Positions 41,429 through 56,032 of a DNA stretch of 64,000 bases are shown piece after piece. This stretch comes from Chrysomallon squamiferum (lineage: Eukaryota > Animalia > Mollusca). The notes beneath the pieces were generated by a model. It was not told the DNA's origin. It saw nothing but the letters and a program-made list of their open reading frames with translations, and searched no databases. Numbering within the stretch: position 1 is the stretch's first letter; each line of letters starts with the position of its first letter. The stretch is from assembly GCA_012295275.1 (NCBI GenBank), contig CM022667.1, positions 6,014,001 to 6,078,000 of the forward strand. The letters run 5' to 3'. The position numbers and the translations under genes are program-made.

Positions 41429-41736
41429 CTTCAAATTAAACATTTTATCACTGGTTTGTTGAAAATACTCAAAGATTATAAATAAAGGATTTATCTCAAT
41501 ATAACTGATACATGAACATTTAAACGTTTTACAAACTGTAGTTATACTTCAGTTGAAATTAAATCTTTATCTAGAAATCTAAAACAAAAATAATTTTAGT
41601 TCATCTCATATTAGTAGGAAAGTGTTACTTGAACTTTCAAATCAGACTGATTTATCTAAGAAAACAGCTAAAAGTTACAAACATATCTGTAACGATGAAG
41701 AAGAATTTCATGAAAGATAGAAATGATATTACATAC

Positions 41737-41870
<134 letters not shown>

Positions 41871-43847
41871 GATATGTGTGTGTGTTTTTATGTGTGTGTA
41901 TGTAATAGATAAACAATAACCGTTGTTTCCTATTCTATAAATGTTAGTATTTAATGTTTTTAGAGAAACTAGTTCCTAAAAATAATAGGAGGGGTGTAAG
42001 TGCTAGTAAGATAGGTTAAGACGACTATATCCTATTGGGAGCTTTTGTTAACACTGGGAACTGTATGGTCATGTGACATTTAAATGGGAACGCTCTCAGA
42101 GAGCAAGGAATCCACACTGGCTCTTGACATGACAGGACATTAAATAATTGTTATTGAAGGCAACCATTTTTGTATTTGGTTAACAGTGTGTCATTATATG
42201 TAGTACAGATCAGCTGAGATTAGTAATTAATCTATGCTTATTGCATTCATTTTGTTTACTAAAAAAATACTTAAGCTATTAATATATTAAAGATGAGACA
42301 ATAATATATTCTGCTGCCAGATTTTACCTTGTGGACTTTCATTTATTTTGAATATGCTAGCACACAATGTAACTTTAAGTAACAGTGGTTACAGCTTATA
42401 ATAATTAATTTGATCTGTGTTAGTTTTTACATGAAAATATATTTAAAAACAAACATGATAGATACACGGATAATTTTCTTACTAAACACAGCTGACACAT
42501 ATTTCCTATTTCTGTTCAGATGGAACACTGGTTGTGTGTAGTAAATGTTAATGACATCACTACTTAATATTCTACATGTTTTATATTTAAGTGTAATTGT
42601 TTATTTACATGAACTGGTATTTGTATCTTTATGATAGCTGTTATTCTTTTTTTTTTTAAATATAAATAGCAATTACAGGAAATTCATGCATATACATATT
42701 TAAAAGGCTTATGGTTCAGTTATTATTAATGTCACATATGTGTATAGAAGATTTTTATAGAGACTTGTATACAATGTAATTAGTTAATATAAGTGGTAGG
42801 AATGATTACAGACAGATGTATTGTATTAGTATTAGTATGCCAGGTGTCCAAGTGCCTGAAACAGATAAACACACACATTAACCTAGTGTCATCTAGATGT
42901 TAATGTATTCCTAAAAAAGACAACAGAACCCCTATTATTACACAAACAGTGGGCTTAAAATTCCAACCTGAAGTTAACTGCTTTTGTTAAAGATGATTTT
43001 TAACACATGGGATTAGGAGAAACGTATATTAATCAGCACTGAACGAACTAACATACATTTTTAAGTGATTTAATGAGCACCAAATATTGATAGATTATTT
43101 CATTAGTATCAGACTGAGTGGGACTATACTAATGGCATTATGTTTCATATCATGTTACTTCCACTTAACTATATAATTATGATATCACGAAATCTGTATA
43201 TAGGGAATATTGAATTGTAGCAGTTTTACCCATAGATAGCTCCTCCCAGAAGCCATGTTTAATGAACTGTGATAGTTGACATTAATATTAGGTATTTGAT
43301 CATATTTGTTTTGAATATATTTGTTTATAATTATTTTCTTTTTATCTAAACACCAGGGTTATTAGTTTCGTTTTTGTTTTGTTTAATTTGTTCTGATTTT
43401 ACAACTGTAGAATCTTTATTATGCTTTGTATTAATTAAATACATGGTCAGTTTGTCCTCCTTGGAGATGCCAGTATTACAGTATACTTTAATATTTCTGT
43501 ATCATGGATTACCTAGTATTAAAGCTCTGTGATTTGAAACCCTGTCTTGGTTGTTTGTTGCTAGGACAGTGATTTTATATAGTGATGAACTAGTGAGTTA
43601 CATACGTTTACATATATTATCATCTCATGTAATCTGCACCCATGTTACACACACAAACATAAACATCATTATGACTTAGTAACAAACATTTTTATATAGA
43701 ACTATATTATTCCTTTGTTATTATTATTTTTATTATTGTTGTTTTTGTTTCTTTCTTTTCCTAGACCAATGTGCAGACAATGTTTTAGCTGGAAAATTTA
43801 AAATACTTCCACTCTCAATTTATAATAAAATAAGAACTTGCAATTAC

Positions 43848-44153
43848 CTTTTGCAGTGAGATTTAATTTTATCAGAAGTTCTGTTCTTTGTCTTCCATTT
43901 GACACAGCAACCTGATAGATTCCTAAATCTTCTTGTTTGACATTTGTCAGTTTATATTCACCTACAGCAAACACATTTGTAGTGAGTACAGGCTGTGTAG
44001 ATCCAAGACTTTTATTGTTTACATCTGTGAGTTTATACCAGGTAAATGTTGGAACTGGATTGGCAATCACAGAAATGTGTAGAGTTACATTTCCACCTTC
44101 TACAGCAGCAAATTTGTTCTGAAATGAAACTCGATGATCCAGTCTTGGTGAAC
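43848..44153 (-). CDS. Gene D Cys-less I-like Ig exon
   Basis: CSPRLDHRVSFQNKF...IANPVPTFTWYK...EDLGIYQVAVSN; 306 nt. Confidence 0.85.
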
Positions 44154-45301
44154 CTGTAGAAAATATAATTAATATTTAAAACAGAAAATGGAAAAAAAGA
44201 CAGTGAAATCCTTGACTACAGAGTGGACAAATTCTAATGTTCTTTAAAAAATGTTTTGTTCACATTGCAATATGTCATCAGATACATCTATAAGGACTTA
44301 TAGACATTTCTAAACAAAGTTATTTATTATTATCCAGTTCTCTAACAATCCTCTGAAAAAGTAACTGAAAGAAACAAATTTCATTAAGTTTTTATTGATG
44401 ATAATTAAAAAAGATGGTCAAAAACAGACATGAATAAAATGGTCTTGTTTCCCATTTCTGATCCAGATATCATTATTTTGTTTTTCTTTATAAATGCAAA
44501 ACAGCCTTTAAAATTCACCAATGTGCTGAATTAGAGAGGGTTTCTGAATCAGCATACTGCTTTGTAACCAGAGGCATACTGTTTGTTAAGCACATTTTAG
44601 TTTTCAAAGCCTTCATTATGTTGTACTTAGAGAATGAATTGTTAAATACAGAGAGCAGATACTTAAAAATCAGTAATAACATTTAACTTCAGGATATAAA
44701 ACCATAAATATGTTATTTCTTCTATACTATACACGAGTCTACCACTTGGAAATTGTGAAACAATTAATAAGAATAACTGTCACTGAATGTGGTATTATAT
44801 TATAAATGTATTAAGTATCATTTTATTTTCTATTATGAAAAACTATATGAGTCAAACATGCAATTAATTATGAGTATAACATTTTGTTATCAAAACCTGC
44901 TTATAAATCTTACATGGAACATAAATATTTGAATAACAACTGTTAACATATTCAGCTCACTGATCATTACAAAATGATGATGATATTATAATATTGTACA
45001 TTTTAATATTTTCTGAATGTTACATTCGTTATGAAGTGTCATGCTGATGGTTATCACCTGCATGGTATGATAAAAAGTGATTAGAAACTATTCACACCAT
45101 ATATGTCAATACTGCATAATAATTATAATGAATGTGAACTGTCTAACCCAAATAAACTGATAGTGGAAGTGAATCTGGTTGGTTTACATACCAACGTTGT
45201 TTTGTTTCTTGTTATGTTTCAAAACGTTTCCAAATTCACGTATGATTATTATTTAAATACTCAAAATAAATATGTATCATTAAATATAAAGACTGACATA
45301 C

Positions 45302-45580
45302 ATGTAACATTAAGGTGCACACTTTGACTGACATCAGACTTGATGTTGTTTCCTGCTTCACAAGTGTAAAATCCTGTATCCAGACATCCAGCTTCATTCC
45401 AGCTGTACTCCACTGACTTGGAGTTTTTCACTTCACGTAGAATGTGTGAGTTGTTTAACAGTTTGATGTGAGATGCTGGATTACTGTCAACTTCACATCT
45501 CAGAGACACAGGATTCAGTTCATCAACTGTTATCTTTGTAGACTTTGAGTTTACAGTGAAAGAAGTTACTGAAGTCTGAT
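45302..45580 (-). CDS. Gene D Ig exon
   Basis: YQTSVTSFTV...LRCEVDSNP...AGCLDTGFYTCEA; 279 nt, open. Confidence 0.9.
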
Positions 45581-46789
45581 CTGTAACAAGTAAAAATAAA
45601 ATGAAATATAATTCTAAACAAAGTTTGCCATTAAATTCCAACCAAGCTGACATGACAAAGTAATCAACTTTTTTATTCGTATCCAATTTTAATACAGTAT
45701 AACATAACAATATGTACATTTATCACAACACTCAATTAAATAAATAAATAAATAAATAAATAAAAAGCACTTAAAATATTTGAAAATACAAGTTCAGTTT
45801 AGATCTCTCTTTCTCCTTCTTTGTGTAGGGGAGGGAGGGAAGGTGAAAGAAAGAATGAGAATGTATGTGTGCTAACTACTACTGTCTAACAGTACAATCT
45901 CTGCTATTAAAAACAAAAGCTAAATTCAGAGCATTACCAAAGCATAATTTATACTTATATAAATTTATTATGAAGTAATTTTATATATACCTGCAACAAA
46001 TTTAGAATTACAAATCATACGGCACATGGTATTGACTATACACGTACAACAAACTACTCTCTGCATCCTATCAGCCAAACTAAGATGTAATATTATGGAA
46101 ATTATGACTGACTCACTGCATTTCAACAGCTGAAAAACAGCCAGTGATGAGTGCTTCTTTAGTATTACAGGGAGAGAGTTTATACAGAATATGTAAAACA
46201 AACAAAAGACAGAACATACATTGCTAATAACACAGAATATGAAACAAAGGCAAGTTGCAGGTAAAGGTCTCAGATTACATACACTGTTTCAGTCCAGTTA
46301 CTTATAACTTCTAACAAAATTTACAGATGCATAGCTAGAGGAGATGGAGATGAACATATTTAATACAGCCACTTTCACATAGACATTGCTAGAGTATAAG
46401 CATATAATGGCAAGGAAACAACCACAGAGCTCCATCAAGTGCTCCATTTTTTTTTTTTTTTTTTTTTAACTTCACACCTTTTGACCTCTATACCATATAT
46501 TTTGGTTTTATTGATACTATGAAGCAATAGTACGAGAAGTGTTACTAAATATAAAGCAGTCAACAGAAATAATTAACAGACAACTTTATGAAAAGTGATA
46601 TTAAATTAGATTGTTCATTCAACTGAGAACTGATATAATTATTTTTATGTCAGCTGGTTCTTACTAACCGTTACCCTGATATGCTAACTACAAACTTTCA
46701 GTGTGAAATAAATATATTCTACATGTGCTCAAAGCTTCTATTATTATTGTTCTTATTGTTCTTTATGTTACAAGAACATAGTTACTTAC

Positions 46790-47044
46790 ACTGAACATCC
46801 AAGGTAACAGTTTTGTTTTTTGACTTGTTTGTGTTTACATTGGTGACAATGCACAGACAGACTCCAACCTCTGTTCTGTGTATTTGTGTAAAAGAAAGTA
46901 CAGCATCGTTTATTTCCTTTGTCTGACACTTCCACTTGTAAGAGCAGACTTCATCACAGTCTGCCTCACACAAAACAGCCACGTTTTTACCTTCTACTAT
47001 CTGTACTGGTGAACTTCTGTTCAGTTTAATGTTTTCTGGACCAT
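46790..47044 (-). CDS. Gene D C2-like Ig exon
   Basis: YGPENIKL...CEADCDEVCSYKW; 255 nt. Confidence 0.85.
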
Positions 47045-47807
47045 CTGAAAATGAAAATAAAATGTTTTCTGTATTAAATCTGTAGTAATGCACATCCATG
47101 TGTATCTGTGTCTCTGTTAATGACGAAGGGAGAAATATTGTATTTAAGGTTTACCCTGACAAAGAAAGGACAAACAACAGTCTTTGAACAATCATTCATA
47201 AATTACTGCCTAGGAATGGATATGACCCAATGGAAGTACCAAGTAAGTCTATACCTAGACACTATAACATGTAAACATTTTGTGTACTTCGAAGAGATTG
47301 ATCTGTGTTTTACTTGAAAGTGAATTTTAACTAACAACAAAGTAAACTACCAAATGTAACCAGGTTCCAAGTATCGGACAGTCCTGTTCTTTATAGCAGT
47401 GAAATCCTTGACTACAGAGTGGACAAATTCTAATGTTCTTTAAAAAACGTTTTGTTCACATTGCAATATGTCATCAGATACATCTATAAGGACTTATAGA
47501 CATTTCTAAACAAAGTTATTTATTATTATCCAGTTCTCTAACAATCCTCTTTTAGTACAAAAATAAATTATAAAAACAAAATATTGCTGCTTCTACATAC
47601 AACCTTGAATTTTTGAATTAATAATAGGACATTACCTCTAACCCATAACCACTACTACTATTAATATAAATAATATAAATAATATAAAATAATTTGACAA
47701 CACTGACAAAAAAAATGAAAAAACATAATAATAATAATAATAATAATAATAATATAAATCAGTTATAAATAAATAAATTTCTAAGATTATTTTTAAATAA
47801 AACTCAC

Positions 47808-48062
47808 AGTGTACTTTCAGAGTGAAACTTTTAGTGAGAGATTTGGCTGAGACTCTGTTAGTCACAGTACATGTGTACTTCTGTCCTGTCTGGTTTCTTC
47901 TCACATTTGTAACACTGAGCTCAGACCCTGACTCAGTCTGTTGATTGTTAAGAGACCAGGAAAACAAACATGGCGGCTTGCAGACAGCAACACAGTTTAC
48001 ATTCAAATCATCTCCTTCGTCAACATTTCCTGGTAAACTGAACACAACACTGTCTGGCCCAC
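47808..48062 (-). CDS. Gene D C2-like Ig exon
   Basis: Same peptide as gene C 23237-23491. Confidence 0.9.
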
Positions 48063-48307
48063 CTAAAAATAAAATAAAATAAAATAAATAAATAATAAAT
48101 AATATAAACATAAACATGTTCACTAAATACAGCACAGTCTCAATTACCTCAAACAGATTCTTTACTTACAACTTCTTGTAATCTAAGTATGTTTATATAT
48201 AAGATTCGGTAATTTAAAATATTTCATCTTTTTTATTACAAGTACCACTGAATGTTAAATACAGCAGTGTTTCTCAAACTGTTATAAAAATGTAATTATT
48301 TACTTAC

Positions 48308-48670
48308 TGCTCATTTCTAATCTCAGTGTGTTACTGGACACTAGAGCACTATTCAGTGTACAAAACCAGTCTGTGACATCCTGATCTGAAGCTTTGTTAA
48401 TTGTCAGAGAATAGTTCTTAGTGGTTGACAGGCTGCTGTTTGTCCCATCTCCACACTCTACAGAATAATCGAAACCTTCAGGTGGAGAATTAAACACAGA
48501 ACACTGATCTGGCTTCTGCCTCAGTGAACCAATACTAGAACTGCCACTATTGTTATAAAAGTATATTAAGTCATCAAGATGTTCAGCACCTGACACTGTA
48601 CAAGTCAGAGTAAACTGTTTGTCTTTGACTAAATGAGATGAAGATCCAGACAAAGTGAGAGAAACACAAT
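48308..48670 (-). CDS. Gene D V-like Ig exon
   Basis: Differs from gene C V (23738-24100) by NNSG versus NNSR; 363 nt. Confidence 0.9.
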
Positions 48671-49060
48671 CTGTAAAGCAAAATATGAAACTTGTTTTGT
48701 TTGTTAAAGAAAATTGTATTTATTTATTCAATTTTTATTTTTATCTTTATTATTTCTTTATTATGCAATCTGCAAGGTGTTGTGAATTTTAAGAGTTCCC
48801 TTAAAAATTACAGTTGTCTCCATAAATTACAAATAATAAGTTAAATGCTTAGAAAATACAGAAAATGCTCTTTATGTTATATTTAAAACAAACTAACATA
48901 AGAGAAACTAACGTAACAAGATACATTAAAACTGTTAGATAACTACTTTGTATTGCCTGTGAATATATTTACCTCTAGACTGTATACAGTCATAATAAAA
49001 TAACAAATGAATTATTTCTTTTCTGTACTTGTTATAAACATCATTAAAAGTTACTTTTAG

Positions 49061-50500
49061 CAGACTCACAACAAACTGGATTGCAACTAATACCACGATA
49101 AACTAGAGACCCTCTAAAATCGTCCGCACCCATCTGCATCTGACGAACTGACGGTTTCAATTTTCACATTACTGAATGAACTCATTGATACTGGGCCATC
49201 AGTGATGAAATTGCATCAAATCTTGCAGTCCATCTAGTTTCATAGTATCTTGGAAGAGTTAAAACACCTTCCTTTTTCAGAAACGATACGTCAATATCGT
49301 CTTCACAATCACCTCCATGAAATAGATCGTGAAGCAAGTCCTTGCCGCACGTAAAGGACTTGAGAATTTCCTTTCGTTTTCTGCGATGCACATAAAAGCC
49401 AAGTCATCGACCGATGGACACCATCAAATTTCGAACTCGCCGAAGATTTTTGCAACTTTCTATTACAGCCATATTAAGATTTTTCAATTTACAATGTACA
49501 TATGGCGGGCTCGGACAATTCTCTCAAATACGTTGTTGTAAAGTAGAAACCTCTGCACTCATAACTCTTGCTCTGTCCTATCTTTGGCCTCGAAGACTGT
49601 CAAGATCTAATCCCGAACTCTGTAAATGTTCCAAAGTTTACTCACCAATATGCTCAGTATCAACTTGTACTGGTTAAACAAATCAAAGAAGATTTTCATG
49701 GATTTCTTAGTTCTCACCACCAACATACCTTGACGTAAATCGACAATTGTTCTTTAACAGATACGTCTGTCGTTTCATCGGCGCAAACAGCAAATAACAC
49801 TTTTCTTGCAGTTACCTATTAGCTGCTCCCTTGATTCAATTTCACAACAGCAAATAAGTTAATTTTGCACCTTTCGAGATAGATATTTCAAAGATCGACT
49901 AGCCGTCTCCAGATTTTCATACAAAACATTGTCAAAACTTGATTTCCACTCGATGAGAAACTGTAAATGTCAACAGTATCAATATGATCCTAGCTTTCCA
50001 CATGCAATTTCAAAGAGGAGCCTCAGCACCGATAGCATTCTTCCAGTCAGTAAATCCCTTATTGTCGAAACGAATATCATACAGTATTTCTATTTGTGAA
50101 TATTTAAGCCAAAGAAACTGACTTTGCCATGAGAGGGTCGATGTCGACGACCTTTTGAAGGTAACATTTTGCTGGTTTGGAATCGATTTCTGAAGTAAGA
50201 AATGTCAGATTCTTTGATCTTATAATATGAAGAGTCACGGGAACGGTCGATTTATGTTTTAGATTCGACTGAGTTCCTGAAATTGCCTCATGGGTGCTAT
50301 CGGGAAACTAAATGACATACATTGCATCAAGGCAAGAACCAGGCTAAGAGTGAAACGTGTGAAAAGGACGCTGTATCCTTAAATCATCAGTATCCGATAA
50401 ACCTGTTTGATGTCTGATGTCTTTGAAGTCAGTTATGTCGTTCATCGTGAAGATGTCGGTAAACTTCAAACCGTAACCGTAGACATAAACGAATTAATTC
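49061..50500 (-). mobile_element. Decayed hAT-superfamily DNA transposon fragment (ZMYM1/THAP12-like transposase family)
   Basis: Minus-strand peptide remnants in the expected order: KYLSRKVQN*LI (~49855-49890), FAVCADETTDVSVKEQLSIYV (~49733-49794), FYVH (~49385-49397), LPRYYETRWTARFDAI (~49210-49257); stops and frameshifts; higher GC/CpG than flanks; right boundary approximate, no TIR pair confirmed. Confidence 0.8.
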
Positions 50501-51514
50501 AGCGGATATCGTTTCTATGGTAATAGAGATTTATAGTTTATCAACAAAATCTTTGTGTAAAATAAATAAATAAATAAATAAATAACAGAAAGCAATAAAA
50601 TTAAAACATTATTTCAAATAAAAAATACAAATCAAATCAAATCAAGTCAATTTCGGTTTGAGGCACATACCTCATTTGCCTGAATGATTTTATTGGGTTT
50701 CTTAACGCATATCATAAGTTAAAACCACACAGTACTGGTACGAAGTAAAAACATTCAGTATCTATATTTTAAAATTCAGATCCAGATTTAAAAAAAAAAA
50801 AAAAAATATTTGTGGTAAATTAAATATAAATAAAAAATTAACAATATGTTGCGTTTGCTATATATTTATATATTAAGCAGCACCCATAATAAATGTAATG
50901 GTTTACAATTTGATTATTGTTCAGTGTTGAAGGAATTCTGGTTTTCACAAGTGAATTTCAACATTCAAGTAATTCAGTGGTACGCGTAAATCGTTCATTT
51001 CTGGTAATCCCTGTTTAGTTAAAATCGGCTTTGAAAAGATTAATACAATGCATGTCGCTCCAGTTTTAAGTGTCAGCACTCTCCATATAAACATTTTTTG
51101 TATTTCCATTTTCACTGGAATCGGAGTAATAAATGGTAGTAGAATAACAACGCTTACACCTAAACTGCAAGATGACTAAAACTCAACATTTGTCACCAAT
51201 ATCACCCCACCAAATACCTAAAAAAACATTTCTCGCAGCAAGTTCAATATTTAGTTATGCTGTAGCCAGTTAATTTGACAAGACCCACTGTATCTTGCTC
51301 GTAACATTCTCATATTATATTTGTTTTCTCAAACACAGCAATGGCTTTGCCAAAAGTGACGTCTATCGATCATTTAACAGCGGACAAAAGAAAAAACCCC
51401 AAATAATACTAAAAAAAAGACTCTTGGAAATCTTGCAGCTAGTGTTTACCTTTACTGATATGAAGAAATGTGTTGTAGCTTCTGTTATTGCTACTGTTAT
51501 TGTTATTATTGTTA

Positions 51515-51602
<88 letters not shown>

Positions 51603-51924
51603 GTATTGTTCTTGTTGTTTCTTGTTTGAAATGTTTGACATTAGCAGACATTTTTGATTTGTAACAGTTTTAATTTCTAAATTCAACTAAAATTGGTGGA
51701 TGAAGCAACGAATCAACGAACTAAACCAGACTAGATTATATCAGGACCAACACCTACTGAAATATAGTTTCACGTACATAATTAAAAATAGCACTTTTAT
51801 TTTATAATGTTTTCTAAATCAGATTTATGTTTTTTCAACATAATTATATTTATAATTTAAATAATCTTTTTCAAGTTAATTGCATCATCCGTTTGCTTTT
51901 TCACTGACTATAACAGTTGCTGAT

Positions 51925-52170
51925 CTAAAATTAATCTAATAGCAGATATCTGTTTCAGTAATAAGTCAGCTAAAATTAACCTTATAGCAGATATCTATTT
52001 CTGTAATAAGTCAAAGCTAAAATCTATCTAATAACACATATTTATTTCTGTTGGAAGTCAAAGCTAAAATTAAACTAATAACACATATTTACTTCTGTAA
52101 TAAGTCAAAGTTAAAATCTATCTAATAGCAGATATGTATATCTGTAATAAGTGAAAGTTAAAGCAAACTA
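51925..52170. repeat. Degenerate ~40-bp tandem repeat (TAATAAGTCAAAGCTAAAAT...CTAATAGCAGATAT)
   Basis: About six imperfect copies; a single copy occurs at homologous sites ~5462 and ~15972. Confidence 0.7.
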
Positions 52171-52966
52171 ATCAGTACAACACACTCTGTACATAACATG
52201 GTTACATTGTAAACTACTGGTCATTTTGTAAAACTTTCTCTGCTAGAATTTCCTATTTTATAGCCAGTGTGAATGTCAGTTTTTCTACATGATCTAATTT
52301 TACCCATAAAATGTTTTCTTATAATTCCTCACAAGTTTTTATTGAACGTTTTTAATAATTAAAACTTTATTAGGAATTCTTACGCAAAAATATAATGAAT
52401 CATGATAAAAGTTGAATATACAGACAAGTAATTAATGAGCATATTCTGTTATGTTTATTAATAACTATGCATATTAAGTTTTGTTTATTTTAATGTTAGC
52501 ATATACATATCTATATATAATTCAAATAGTGATAAACAGGTGAGATGGTATTTATACTAATCAAATACATATTACTATTCAGATCAAGGTAATAAATTAA
52601 AAGTATTTGTGTTATAGATTACATATGAAATCATTCATTTCTTTCCTCTTTCATTCTGCGTGACAGATCACAGATAAGATCATGAAGTGAAATGTAAAAA
52701 GTAAAATTATTCATTTATTCACTTATTTTATTTTCCTTTCTGTATTTTTGTATTCCACTTTGTTATTTTATTGTAAGTATTTCTATCACACTCTGTTGTG
52801 TCAATTATTATAGTACTGTAATAGGGTTTGTGAGTCCGCGTAGAAATAGCAAAAACAAACGCAATACATAAATATTCTCTTTATTTGAAATTACATAATA
52901 AAGTAGTTTTACTAATATATTTCTATAGAACAACAGCAACAACAACAACAACAACAACAACAACAG

Positions 52967-53000
<34 letters not shown>

Positions 53001-53202
53001 ATAAATAATATAAACATAAACATGCTCACTAAATACAGCACAGTCTCATCCACCTCAAACGGATTCTTTACTTGCAACTTCTTGTAATCTAAACATGTTT
53101 ATATATAAGATTCACTAATTTAAAATATTTGATCTTTTTTGTTACAAGTATCACTACAGCAGTGTTTCTCAAATTCTTATAAAAATATAATTATTTACTT
53201 AC

Positions 53203-55737
53203 TGCTCATTTCTAATCTCAATGTGTTACTGGAGATTCCACCAGTATTCAGTTTACACAACCAGTCTGTGACATCCTGATCTGAAGCTTTGTTAATTGTC
53301 AGAGAATACTTCTTAGTGGTTGACAGTCTGCTGTTTGTCCCATCTCCACACTCTACAGAATAACTTTGTCTGTCAGCTGGAGAACTCCACACAGAACACT
53401 GATCTGGTTTCTGTCTCAGTGAACCAATACTAGAACTGCCACTATTGTTATAAAATGTTATTAAGTCATCAAGATTTTCAGCACCTGACACTGTACAAGT
53501 CAGAGTAAACTGTTTATCTTTGACTAAATGAGACGAAGATCCAGACAAAGTCAGTGAAACACAATCTGTAAAATAAAAGATAAAATCTTTGTTTTCGGTA
53601 TATCTGTTTCTTCTTAGTTTCTCAGGGTTTTTTCTGTCTTCTTCTTCTTTTTTCTTCTTCTTCTTTGTAATAGCATTATTATTCAATTTTTAATTTGGAA
53701 ATTATTTAGTACCTAGTTATTTCAAAAAATGAGTATTTACAGGGAGGTGTTCATATACAATATTTCATTACACTAAATCCAATTAAATAATAATAATAAT
53801 AATAACAATAGTAATAATAAAAATACTAATACTAATAATAACACCTCTTTTATGTCTAAAATAAACAAATTTCTAGAATGACAACTGCATCAAATAGAAA
53901 ATATATTACAGAGATAAATGCTAGAGTACAGTATGTGCACTTTGATCAAAAATACGTTTGTTACATTACTGCACGATGCCAAATATTTTTAGATCGTTAG
54001 CTATCGTTATGCATAAACTTTAAACAAATGCAGAACAATGATATTAGAGAAAGCTGGTGCTTGTTTGTCAAAGGAAATAGGTTTTTCCTCTTATATATCC
54101 TTTTGAAGAACTTCAATATCTGTAACAATGGAAGTTCTGGTAAATGGGTTTTGAGGTTTGTATGTTAAATTACTAATTAATCTTTTATTAAAACAAGTAA
54201 TTTTCTATGAATTTACTAACAAAATTAATATGTGTTTTCGTGGGAAAATGACACTTATTAACATATTACATTGTAAACTGTTTTATTTTTAAACAAGTCT
54301 GAAATTTTGTTATTTTTTTAGTTTCATAGAAAAGACTGAACACAGGATTCAGAAACAGTGAAACTGATACGTGACTACTTTGTGTTGTATCCTCCCATCC
54401 CACTTGTCACAGATCTTACAACAACACACGTCACAGCTGAGTGAACTCCTAACTACTTGAGTGAACTCCCAACTACCTGAGTGAACTCCTAACTACCTGA
54501 GTAAACTTCTAACTACCTGAGTGAACTCTATCTGAGTGAACTCCTAACAACCTTAGTGAACTCCTAACTACCTGAGTGAACTACTAACTACCTGAGTGAA
54601 CTCCTACCTACCTAGAAAATAACAATGAACTCCCGTCTGTTAGACAGTCAGCTTGGGAAATAATTAAGAAAATCCCTATTAACAATTAATAGAGAAGAAC
54701 GGAAACTGTATTCTTATCCATTTATTATAATATAGTCAGCCACATAACACGTTAGTGCTATGAATTATTAAATCATATTTTGTAAATATAAAAAAGACAC
54801 ATTTAACACCTACGATATATATCAATATATACAAAGTTCAGTTGTTACATTAATGTTATAGAGGTTTGATTAGTTAGGTCCTAAGCTGGGAGTGAGAAAT
54901 AACTCTTTCATCTGCCTGTCAGTATATTTATCACTAGACTGTATACAGACATCAGAAAATAGTAATTACACTATATCAATAAAAGATTATTCGGTTAAGT
55001 GGTTATACATTTTTAGCACATAACAAATTTGAGACAATTAAGATGAAATAATAAGCACATTATTTGTTTCAGTATTAATTATTAAAGATCAGTCTTCAAA
55101 AGTATATAAAAATGGGCTATATTTCTATGAAGATTTTCTAAGTAAGAAGAAATTATCAGTCAATTATTATTATTATTATTACCATTGTTGTGGCTGTTGT
55201 TGTTGTTGTTATTATTACGTTAATGATGATGATGAAAAACTAAAATGTGACCAAAAGTATGCTTGATCAGTAACGGATGTTGTTTAAGTATGATCAGTTG
55301 AGTAGGCTTAAACCACATCCGTGACTCAAAATTAATAAAAGTATCTAAACTGCAAACAAAGAGGAACACTGGTCTGAGTACGTCACATGAATCAGATTTT
55401 AATTTTTACTTTACAGAGAAATATCTTTTAATCAGAAATATGAGACCGATAATTGATGGTTTTTATTTAAATGTCAAAAATGTTTCAGTTTCATATGTTT
55501 CAGTATAACTCTATTCACTAAAACATTAACAAAAATAAAATTAAAATAAGGAAAAGGAGGTAGCTCTCGTGAGTCAGAATAAAAGCAAAATAATTTTCAC
55601 AGTTGATAGGCAATCAAGATTGAGCTTCAAGAAGATTTTTTAACAGTTTCTGTGAATTGACCTGAATACGCAACACTTTTCAAGAAGAACACGACTAAAA
55701 TCAGTTTCTTATCGACAGCAGAAAATATCGCAGACAT
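53203..55737 (-). CDS. Gene F: leader plus a single V-like Ig exon; downstream exons deleted (truncated gene, or 5' end spliced onto gene D)
   Basis: Leader 55662-55737 MSAIFSAVDKKLILVVFFLKSVAYS+G (GTCAAT donor); V exon 53203-53565, 363 nt, open; the following intron switches into 3'-flank sequence at ~52927. Confidence 0.7.
54437..54613. repeat. 20-bp minisatellite CTGAGTGAACTCCTAACTAC (~9 copies)
   Basis: Direct reading; only 2 copies at the paralogous site 74-115. Confidence 0.85.
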
Positions 55738-56032
55738 AATTTATTAACTGTAAACAGTGATAGTGTTTCAGATTAAAAATCCCGTTCTAAGAAGAATCGA
55801 AGCTTTCGCTTGCAGTTCACTTCCTGGTTTGTTTCTGTCAACAATGCGTTCTTTTATCCTGATTTAATTAATGCAATAACATCCCATTTTAGATTTAAAT
55901 TAAAGTTACAGTATTATAGTGACTAAATACAAGCAAATCCTAGTTTTGATGCTTTATTACAATTATTAGCGATCATTTCATACCACAGGCTAACTCACAG
56001 CGAACTTCCACTAAGTTTACAGTATTGAATAT

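Noticed and set aside
54437-54613. Regular 20-bp repeats resembling a CRISPR array
   Set aside because: Units are contiguous with no unique spacers, no cas genes, eukaryotic context: a minisatellite
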